In this document: positions 48,213 through 56,183 of the stretch, piece by piece
How the letters are laid out: the number at the start of each line of letters is the position of its first letter
Numbering within the stretch: position 1 is the stretch's first letter
Assembly (NCBI GenBank): GCA_022822005.1
Contig: JAJECO010000003.1
Coordinates: 45,098-109,097 of the forward strand
DNA: 64,000 nucleotides
Origin: Candidatus Poribacteria bacterium
GTDB lineage: Bacteria; Poribacteria; WGA-4E; PCPOR2b
Reading direction: 5' to 3'
The notes under the pieces: generated by a model
What the model was told of the DNA's origin: nothing
Database searches by the model: none
Seen by the model: the letters and a program-made list of their open reading frames with translations, nothing else
Program-made: the position numbers and the translations under genes

Positions 48213-50561
48213 ATGCAAACCCGACGTTTAATCAAGGTTGCTGTTGCCGTGATCGTTGTGGGAATGGTTGCCGGACTAAAACCGGTATGGGGAGTGAACA
48301 ACTGGCTCCAGCTCGATGACGGGCTGGTTATGGGACAGGTTTACGCGCTTGCAGCGCACGAATCTCGACTATACGCCGGCAGCGAGAACGGTGTATTTGT
48401 TTCTGAAGACAGAGGAGAAAGTTGGTTGCCAACTTCGTTCAATAATTCAGTTAGTACACTGACGGTCGATGGAGCCACCGTTTACGCAGGAACCTGGTCC
48501 CAAGGCGTGTTCCGATCCGATGATACCGGGGTGACCTGGAAACCGATTCGGGACGGATTACGCCTTCACGAACATGCGGGAGAACGCTATTATGGCAATG
48601 TTCGTCACATTCTTGCCACTGACAACAATATTATCAATGTGATGTACCATAATGGCACCTATACATCCACCGACCGTGGAGAGACATGGCACGACATTTC
48701 AACGGAGTGGATGGGGGGCAACAGCATCCACTTGATGACGGAGTTTGACGGCTATCTTTGGAGTGCAGTATCAAACGGTTCTATGTTTCGTTCACCTGAC
48801 AACGGCAAGACATGGGAAAAGCTCCACCGTTTTGCTCATGGTCATGTATACGCCTGGGCGGCACTCAACGGACGACTGTATGTTGGCGGTTACAGGGGGG
48901 TTGGCGTATGGAATGAAACTACGCGGACTTGGGAATATCCCATGACTGGACTTCCAATTGGTAACCTTCACGACCCAGACGCGCTGCCGTACGTCTTCAC
49001 GCTTGCCGTTCACGGTGGTCGGCTGTTCGCTGGGTTGCACAACACACACGGCGTTTATGTCTTTGATTTACAATCAGGAACTTGGTCCTCCGTTGGTTTG
49101 GAAGGACGGTCCGTTCTTTCTCTCCTCTCGCACGGATCGGCGCTCTATGCAGTTACGGAGGAGGATGGCATCTATTACTTAGTCCAAGTCAGGACAGTTT
49201 CCCCTCAAGAGGGCAGCGTTGAGGGTGGCGAACCGATCACGATTTTTGGCAGAGATTTTCCGTATAGGACAACTGTTACGATTGGCGGGAAACCAGTGAC
49301 AGACCTTCGGGTGACCAATACACTGATAACAGGGCTCACACCGCCGGGAGTCCTCGGCGAAGCAGATATTGAGGTTCATTTTCCAGATAGCGGCACTTTC
49401 CCCCTTGAAAGGTGGAAATTTTTTTACACAAACGTCCCGTCAATAACGTTGAAAATGGCTCCAACTCATGGTCCTCAGATGGGCGGTGGAACTGGTATTA
49501 TAACTGGCAGCGCTTTCGCCCCTGATGCGACAGTAAAAGTCGGGAATAATCCGGCGTCGGGTGTTGTCGTCACGCCAACGCTGATTCATTTCACAATTCC
49601 GTCCGGCACGATCGGAACGGCAGATGTTACCGTAACTAACCCAGATGGAAGGAAGTGGATTTTGGAGAATGGGTACACTTACGATTCATTTTCTCCCCCT
49701 GTCATTCGTGAGGTTTACCCGAACAAGGGACCTATCGACGGCGGCACAGAAGTAGTCATCAGAGGGAATTACTTTCTCGAAGGGGTCACAGTTATAATCG
49801 GTGGGATTCAAATAGAGCATTTGGATAGCCTCTCGCCGATCGAAATTCGCTTAAAGACGCCGCCATCACCCCCCGGCCGCACAGAAATTCGTGTGGTCAA
49901 TCCCGATGGTCAACAAGTTGTGCAAGAACACGGATTTACCTACAATGCGCCTCTCGATATTACCAGTGTTACCCCCAATGTGGGACCCATGGAAGGCGGA
50001 ACGCTGGTGACTATCACTGGAACAGGATTTCACCCCATCGCCCGGAGTACTCAGGTTACAATTGATGGGATACCTGCATCAACCATTATCGACATGTCAT
50101 TAACAAGAGTGATAATCAAGACACCCGCGGCAAAGACCCCCGGTACGAAGGATGTTGCCTTAAGGAACCCCAACGGAGAGGAAGTTACGCTTATAGGCGG
50201 GTTTACCTATAACACTTCATTGGCAGTCGAGTCGAAAGGGAAGTTGTTGACCTCCTTCGGTTACGTGAAACAGACCCGTTTACTGCAAAATTATCCCAAC
50301 CCGTTCAACCCAGAAACTTGGATACCGTACCAACTGGCAACGGAAGCGGATGTTACCATCGTTATTTACGATAGCGGAGGACAACGGGTACGGACGCTTA
50401 AGTTAGGGTCTCAACCACCGGGACTATACCTTACTCAAGAGAAAGCAGCGTATTGGGAGGGACGGGATGATACCGGGGAATGGGTGTCCAGTGGTACATA
50501 CTTCTACTACCTGCAAGCGGGGAATTACTCGGCAACAAAGAAAATGATTATACTAAAGTAG
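48213..50561 (+). CDS. Secreted protein: BNR/Asp-box propeller, four IPT/TIG domains, FlgD-Ig/T9SS-CTD-like domain
   Basis: S.D.G.TW repeats; P..GP..GGT.V.I.G..F and V.NPDG repeats; LLQNYPNPFNPETWIPYQL. Confidence 0.85.
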   Translation: MQTRRLIKVAVAVIVVGMVAGLKPVWGVNNWLQLDDGLVMGQVYALAAHESRLYAGSENGVFVSEDRGESWLPTSFNNSVSTLTVDGATVYAGTWSQGVFRSDDTGVTWKPIRDGLRLHEHAGERYYGNVRHILATDNNIINVMYHNGTYTSTDRGETWHDISTEWMGGNSIHLMTEFDGYLWSAVSNGSMFRSPDNGKTWEKLHRFAHGHVYAWAALNGRLYVGGYRGVGVWNETTRTWEYPMTGLPIGNLHDPDALPYVFTLAVHGGRLFAGLHNTHGVYVFDLQSGTWSSVGLEGRSVLSLLSHGSALYAVTEEDGIYYLVQVRTVSPQEGSVEGGEPITIFGRDFPYRTTVTIGGKPVTDLRVTNTLITGLTPPGVLGEADIEVHFPDSGTFPLERWKFFYTNVPSITLKMAPTHGPQMGGGTGIITGSAFAPDATVKVGNNPASGVVVTPTLIHFTIPSGTIGTADVTVTNPDGRKWILENGYTYDSFSPPVIREVYPNKGPIDGGTEVVIRGNYFLEGVTVIIGGIQIEHLDSLSPIEIRLKTPPSPPGRTEIRVVNPDGQQVVQEHGFTYNAPLDITSVTPNVGPMEGGTLVTITGTGFHPIARSTQVTIDGIPASTIIDMSLTRVIIKTPAAKTPGTKDVALRNPNGEEVTLIGGFTYNTSLAVESKGKLLTSFGYVKQTRLLQNYPNPFNPETWIPYQLATEADVTIVIYDSGGQRVRTLKLGSQPPGLYLTQEKAAYWEGRDDTGEWVSSGTYFYYLQAGNYSATKKMIILK

Positions 50562-50661
50562 GGCGGTCGGCGGAGATTTTCTTTAACCTATTCATACGTG
50601 TGATACACATGTCGCCCCACCCCGCTCCCGATTTCATCAAGACAGGCGGGATTCAAAGCAA

Positions 50662-51399
50662 TTAGGGAGTGAATGTCTCAAGAATAGGAGGCGGTTGGCT
50701 ATTTTGCAAAAGAGCCAGCGCGGCTGAGATGATTTTATGCTGTAGGACAGGGTTGTTCGGCTCGCCAAGCGGGTAGCCGAAACGGTACGGCACAGCGAGT
50801 GCACGGGGCGGTTTGACCTGCTCGGTAATTTCCCGAACCAGCGTGATCGAAACGGTTGAGATGCCGACTTCCTCGATCGCACGTTGGATCAGCCCAACGG
50901 ACTGATTGCATAGCGGTCAAACGGGTGTCAGAAATACGACATCGACGCCATCTGCCTTGAGGTGCGCCCCAACCTCTGGGGCGGTGCGTTTGATTAAACG
51001 TCCCGGAGCGGACTGCGATCCCATAAAGCTGAAATGCCGGTCGTTGAGCTCCCCGATTTTGTCCGCCCCTTCTAACTCACGAAAGCGATCAAGCGGAAAC
51101 GCCAGATTCCGATCCGCAAAGCTGCCGGTCTGATCGTATACAGTGCTGCTGTGTGCAGTCGTCAACGCTTGCACATCAACGGTGTTAGGGATTTCACGAT
51201 AGGAGTAATCGCCGCTCATGAAGTGATCATCAAACGGCTCTTGAGACGGTGTATGTAAACCGGCGGTGGTGACCAAGGCAACTCGGCATTCCGTTAGGGG
51301 TCGCTGCAGCGGGGTATGCGGCGTTGTATCGTAACGTCGATAGCGATAGAGTTTCATGAAGATGCGAAGTTTGAAGTCAAGTTCATCAAAGGAGGGCAC
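50662..51399 (-). CDS. PrdB/GrdB-like reductase selenoprotein (UGA read as Sec at 50917-50919)
   Basis: ALVTTAGLH, D.N..FPLDR and HFSFMG motifs; frame continues past the TGA as TPV-U-PLCNQSVGLIQRAIEEVGISTVSI...VKPPRAL.VPYRFGYPLG to TAA at 50662; GTG start after AGAAGGA. Confidence 0.85.
50888..50906 (-). promoter_or_regulatory. Candidate bacterial SECIS hairpin
   Basis: ATCAGTCC-GTT-GGGCTGAT stem-loop starting 11 nt after the UGA, G leading the apical loop. Confidence 0.6.
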
Positions 51400-51467
51400 G
51401 CTGGGGTCCTTCTCTGCATTGTCTAAGTCATACGCAGATAAATATTTCAACTATATTCTTCATGTCA

Positions 51468-51495
51468 ATTATAGCATAAATTGAGATGATGTCAA
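51468..51495 (-). promoter_or_regulatory. Sigma70 promoter of the selenoprotein gene
   Basis: TTGACA-N16-TATAAT with TGn extension. Confidence 0.65.
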
Positions 51496-51549
51496 ATGAG
51501 CTCTTTCTTATCTGAACACGAACTATTTCCGAAACCGAGGTATTCGATA

Positions 51550-52608
51550 ATGGCAGATTCAAAACGAATTGAGCATCATGAACTGATTCAATTCTTCAAA
51601 GAGGCACTGATGGCTGTTGGTACGCCGGCACATGTAGCAGAGGTAGAGGCGGAGATTGGCGCGGAGGTTGATCTTTGCGGCGTACATTCGCACGGCGTGA
51701 GATTGCTGCCGGTGATGGTCGAAAACATCCGTACTGGACTGACGAACCCAGATCCGAAAGTGGAGGTTCTTTCGGAGCAACCGGCTTCGGTGCTCGCGGA
51801 GACAGACCGAGGCATCGGGCGTTATGTTTCCGCTGTGGGGATGGATATGGCAATCGAACGCGCCAAGAGTTACGGGATCGGTGCAGCCACCATCCGGGGC
51901 GTGGCACACTGGGGGCGCGGATATAGCTACGCAGCACGGGCGGCGCGAGCCGGTATGATCGGTCTAGCGTACACAAACGCTATCATTAACTTCCCGGCGT
52001 GGGGAACCTCCGCGCCCTCTCTGGGCAACAACCCGATGGCTATCGGCATTCCCGTGGGTGCAGGGGAAGAACCGGTCGTGTTAGACATCGCCATGACGCA
52101 GATTGCGATCGGCCGGGTCCGTGAAGCCGCCGAAACGGGACAGCGTGTTCCTATTGGATGGGGGTTAGATGCAGCGGGCAAACCCACAACGGATCCGGAA
52201 GCAATCGTCGAGTCTCAACGCTTTCTGCCGATGGGTGAATACAAGGGATCCGGTTTGGCGTTCATGATCGAGCTGCTGACGGCGGGCTTGGCGGGCGGAA
52301 TGCTCTGCTATGAGTTAGGAACCGAGGGGCGCCCAACGGACACCTCCGGAGGTTCATCAAAACTTTTCATCGCTATACGACCTCACGGGGATTGGTTAAA
52401 CGAAAGGACCGCGTCGCTCAAATCCTACCTAAAGTCCGCACCGCCGGCAGAAGAACAGGGCGAAGCACAGTGGCCCGGCGAGGGCAGTTATCGCCACCGC
52501 ACCGAGTATCTCGCAGAAGGAATTCCAATCCCCCTCAAGTTAGCAGAGGAGATGGAGGAACTCGCACAAGAGTTATCTGTGGCGTTAAATTGGATGGATT
52601 GTCGCTGA
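51550..52608 (+). CDS. Ldh_2-family oxidoreductase (ComC/DpkA/YiaK/AllD-like)
   Basis: GVHSHG, HWGR, LGNNPMAIG, LDIAM, PTTDP, YKGSGL. Confidence 0.9.
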   Translation: MADSKRIEHHELIQFFKEALMAVGTPAHVAEVEAEIGAEVDLCGVHSHGVRLLPVMVENIRTGLTNPDPKVEVLSEQPASVLAETDRGIGRYVSAVGMDMAIERAKSYGIGAATIRGVAHWGRGYSYAARAARAGMIGLAYTNAIINFPAWGTSAPSLGNNPMAIGIPVGAGEEPVVLDIAMTQIAIGRVREAAETGQRVPIGWGLDAAGKPTTDPEAIVESQRFLPMGEYKGSGLAFMIELLTAGLAGGMLCYELGTEGRPTDTSGGSSKLFIAIRPHGDWLNERTASLKSYLKSAPPAEEQGEAQWPGEGSYRHRTEYLAEGIPIPLKLAEEMEELAQELSVALNWMDCR

Positions 52609-52626
52609 TTCGGATCTGTTCTAATT

Positions 52627-52848
52627 TGACGCAAGTTGCTAGTGCTGAAAATCCATCAGTTTTCTGTTAAAACTGAAACTCTACCTTTCGCTCCAGAGGA
52701 GCGATATGTCTATAGAACCACCATAGAGTTAATCCCTGCGCTCCAGCGGAGCGCAATGTGTATAGCAAAAGCGGTTATGGCTTGGATATGTCTATCCAAG
52801 CCGAGTAGGTTTTACAACTAGCAACTTAGGTTAATATAATTCACCATA
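52627..52848. mobile_element. MITE-like element, family S5, followed by an S3-like end
   Basis: ACGCAAGTTGCTA...TAGCAACTTAGGT; interior nearly identical to 24410-24554; then AATTCACCATA. Confidence 0.75.
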
Positions 52849-54801
52849 TCACACCCAAAAGCCGTAGGTTGACATCCGTCCCAAGATGCCGAAGAGTGTC
52901 CAGAGGCTGCCGACGGTGAATTCACCGAGAATAAGCCCCAAGAAGAATGGGGCGACGCGACGATGCAGTCCAATCCCACCGTGTCGTAACAACAGCCACT
53001 TGATGAGCCAACTCACGAAAAGGCAGCTCCATGTCACCCGCATTCCCCAACTGGTCGAGATAGCAAAGCCGGCGGGGTGGAAGGGCCACCACACAAAACG
53101 CATACGGAAGAACATCAGCAGGCTGGCGATGATAAAACCACCGACCATGAAGCCACTCTCGACAACTAATGTGTCCGTCGGTGTACTCAGCCAACGGTCA
53201 AGCCGTCGATACGGTTCAAGACCGAACGCGCTCAAGGAGGGGCGGTAGGCACGCGTCTCCATACCGAGTTGATAGCCGCGATCAATCAATGCCCAAAAAC
53301 CTGAGAGCGAGCCGAGCAACGCAGCAAGCATCAGTGCAAACGCGAGACCCCGCAGGTTCATCCGCGTCCGCTCTGCCATTTTGAACCCTTCCAGTTGATG
53401 CGGCATTGGGTGGCTGCGGTAGGCACGATTGATGAACCAGAACATTGAAAACATCACCAGATTCCCGCGTCCCAGTTTTCGGGTGCCGATTGTTCGTGTG
53501 AGGATTTCATCGGGACCGGAATAGTGCAGGTCGTGGACAGGTGTCCCCAACTCCGCCCGCATACGGGTAATGGCAATGGAGATAGCGTAATAGAGGACGA
53601 AGAAGCCGATTGTGATACCCACCGTCGCCCCACCGCGATAGCAGAAACAGACAAGGAACACCATCACACCGATTAGCCCAAGCACCGCTGTGCGATACTG
53701 CATTGGTTCATCTCTGTCGTCGAGCTCTTCCACGCCACCGAACACCTTTCTGATAACCACCATCAGGTGTCTTCGGCTTGCCCAGAGCGCGATAACTGCA
53801 AGCGCGATATAGCCTCCCGACGCCTGTTCTCTCATGTAGGGGAAGTTCGGCAGGCTTTGCAATCCCATTGCGGCACCGGCAACGCGCATCAATCGCCAGA
53901 ACCAGAAGAAAAACCAACACGAAAAGGACAGGTCGAGCGGAATGAAAAATCCGAGCCCGATGGCAAATGGGTAGAACGAGAGTGGCACGCGCCCCATGGC
54001 GTCCCACGGACTCTCTGTGAAAAGATGGAAACTCCGAATCCGAGTCCGAAGTTCAGGGACGATGGGGAAGATGAAATTGAGGCCGTTCAGCAGTGCAAGA
54101 GTTCCCGCGATGGCGAATCCGAGCCACATCACCCGATTCCGAAAGAACGCTTGCCCCCGTGTCTCTGTCATCTGAAGCGGGAGTTGAATAATTGGGTAGC
54201 TAAGTTTCTCGTGCTCAATCCACTGCTTTCGTATGATCACGTTGATGCAGAACATCCCGAAGACCAGTACAAAGATAAACGTTGTCCACCAGAGAACGGG
54301 TGAGATCCAGCCGACCAACTGTTCGGGGGTGTAGAGATTCACCTCGCCCTCATAATATCCGCGGGCAACTTTGCTATCGCTGACGGTCAGCCACTCCGGT
54401 AGGTAGGGCAAAAATAGGTCGCGCCATTCGTTCTCCGGCGTGGCAAAGCGGAAGGCGTGTCCCAGCATCGGCACAAGGATTTCGAGCATGTCGTGCCCTG
54501 TGATGCCAGACGCGATGGAGAGCATCAGGTAGATGATAATAAACTCCCCCTGATTCAGTGCATAACGGGGCGAAAACCACTTGAGCAGCTGATTAACACC
54601 GATAACCACAAAAAGGCTGAAGATGACGTTGAAGAAGAGGGAGATGGTGACCGGATGCCCGGAATAGCGGATGACTTCCATCTCGATGACCCAATAGCAG
54701 TTAATCGGGATGAGCAGGGAGGCAATGAGGAGCGATTTGACGGTGACACCCTCGACCGAGTGCTGCTCCATTTTTGGAAGGGCTGAATCTGATTTTGGCA
54801 T
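52849..54801 (-). CDS. Polytopic membrane protein, DUF6785/DUF6784-like (OPT-related)
   Basis: About 16 TM segments; RKQWIEHEKLSYPI, RMRAELG, WWPFHPAG and PFFLGLILGE motifs. Confidence 0.7.
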   Translation of the reverse strand: MPKSDSALPKMEQHSVEGVTVKSLLIASLLIPINCYWVIEMEVIRYSGHPVTISLFFNVIFSLFVVIGVNQLLKWFSPRYALNQGEFIIIYLMLSIASGITGHDMLEILVPMLGHAFRFATPENEWRDLFLPYLPEWLTVSDSKVARGYYEGEVNLYTPEQLVGWISPVLWWTTFIFVLVFGMFCINVIIRKQWIEHEKLSYPIIQLPLQMTETRGQAFFRNRVMWLGFAIAGTLALLNGLNFIFPIVPELRTRIRSFHLFTESPWDAMGRVPLSFYPFAIGLGFFIPLDLSFSCWFFFWFWRLMRVAGAAMGLQSLPNFPYMREQASGGYIALAVIALWASRRHLMVVIRKVFGGVEELDDRDEPMQYRTAVLGLIGVMVFLVCFCYRGGATVGITIGFFVLYYAISIAITRMRAELGTPVHDLHYSGPDEILTRTIGTRKLGRGNLVMFSMFWFINRAYRSHPMPHQLEGFKMAERTRMNLRGLAFALMLAALLGSLSGFWALIDRGYQLGMETRAYRPSLSAFGLEPYRRLDRWLSTPTDTLVVESGFMVGGFIIASLLMFFRMRFVWWPFHPAGFAISTSWGMRVTWSCLFVSWLIKWLLLRHGGIGLHRRVAPFFLGLILGEFTVGSLWTLFGILGRMSTYGFWV

Positions 54802-54836
54802 AGAGGATAAAGATTATATCACACAGGTTTGGGAAC

Positions 54837-56084
54837 CTATTGCGATGTGCTTCCGAATTGACGCAAGGCTGCGATACGCTGAAGTATCGGTGGGTGGCTG
54901 TAGTTGAGAAAGACAGTCAAGGGGTGCGGTGTCAAATTGCCGAGGTTGGAGACAGAGAGATTTTTCAAACCGGAAATGAGTGGTTCGGGAGAGGCGATGG
55001 TTTCAGCGGCAAAGGCGTCGGCTTCATATTCGTGTTTCCGAGACATATAGTTGAGACCTATAGAGAGAACCAATTCAATCGGAGCGTAAAGAATAGAGAA
55101 GAAAACAATCCCCGCGTAGATGGACGTTTGTTCCATCCGAAACGCATCGAAGAGCCCCCTGTTTTCAACGAAGTGCGAGAGCAGAAAAAGCAGTAGTCCT
55201 GTGTGGAGGATCGACAGAACGGTGCCTTTCAGGACATGCTTTTTCTTGTGATGTCCCACCTCATGCGCAATGACTGAGACGAGTTCGCCAACGGAATGTT
55301 TTTCTATCAGGGTATCAAAGAGCGCGATCCGCTTTTTTGCCCCGAACCCGCTCAAATAGGCGTTCGAGTGCGTTGAGCGTTTAGAGCCATCCATGACGGA
55401 CACCTCTGTGAGCGGGAATTCCACCTTCGCCGTATATCCCTGGATAGCATCTTTAAGTTCGCCCTCCGCCAACGGCGTAAATTTGTTAAACATCGGCGCT
55501 ATCAGGGTGGTAAAAAGTGGCGGCGCAATTACGATGAAAAAGGCTATCAGTCCCCACGCATAGATCCACGCGTAGCTGCCAGTTTTCTCAAAGAAATATA
55601 GCACCCCGCCGAGTAGGGACACACCCAGAACGATTGCCAGCGCGTAGGTTTTGATATGGTCCAACACAAACGTTTTGACCGTCATTTTATTGAAGCCGAA
55701 TTTTTCTTCAATAACAAAATTACTGTAGAGCGAAAACGGGATGGAGATAATATCCCTAGCAAAATAGAGGACGGCAAAGAAAATTAAGCCGGTCAGGATT
55801 GGCGGCAGATTCAACCCGTGGACGAGACCATCCACAGCGTTGAACCCACCCGCCAAGATGAAAGCCAAAATTAGGCATAGATCGAACGCAGACGAAACAT
55901 AGGCAAATTTCGCACCGGCTCTGGTGTATTCTTGGGACTGGCGGTATTTATCCCCATCGTAAAACCCTTCAAATTCAGCGGGGAGCTTTGGATCCAGCGC
56001 TTTTAAGTTCAGATAGCGCGCAACACTGCGAAGCGCGAATTCGCCAATCAGGGCAATCAGTATAACCACAAGGTATATGTTCAT
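54837..56084 (-). CDS. M48 family (Ste24-like) metalloprotease
   Basis: PMFNKFTPL, DGSKRSTHSNAY, AHEVGH, SRKHEYEADAFA, YSHPP. Confidence 0.93.
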   Translation of the reverse strand: MNIYLVVILIALIGEFALRSVARYLNLKALDPKLPAEFEGFYDGDKYRQSQEYTRAGAKFAYVSSAFDLCLILAFILAGGFNAVDGLVHGLNLPPILTGLIFFAVLYFARDIISIPFSLYSNFVIEEKFGFNKMTVKTFVLDHIKTYALAIVLGVSLLGGVLYFFEKTGSYAWIYAWGLIAFFIVIAPPLFTTLIAPMFNKFTPLAEGELKDAIQGYTAKVEFPLTEVSVMDGSKRSTHSNAYLSGFGAKKRIALFDTLIEKHSVGELVSVIAHEVGHHKKKHVLKGTVLSILHTGLLLFLLSHFVENRGLFDAFRMEQTSIYAGIVFFSILYAPIELVLSIGLNYMSRKHEYEADAFAAETIASPEPLISGLKNLSVSNLGNLTPHPLTVFLNYSHPPILQRIAALRQFGSTSQ

Positions 56085-56183
56085 AGAATTTAGGAGGTTA
56101 TTATAATTCACCATAAAAAGAAACTGAATTTTCAAGAAAAACTCGGTTTCCCTTATCTGGTCTACACCTTCTTTGAATAGGGA

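Noticed and set aside
50637-50882. 81-aa minus-strand ORF downstream of the PrdB-like gene
   Set aside because: Wrong frame; the coding frame is the UGA read-through ending at 50662
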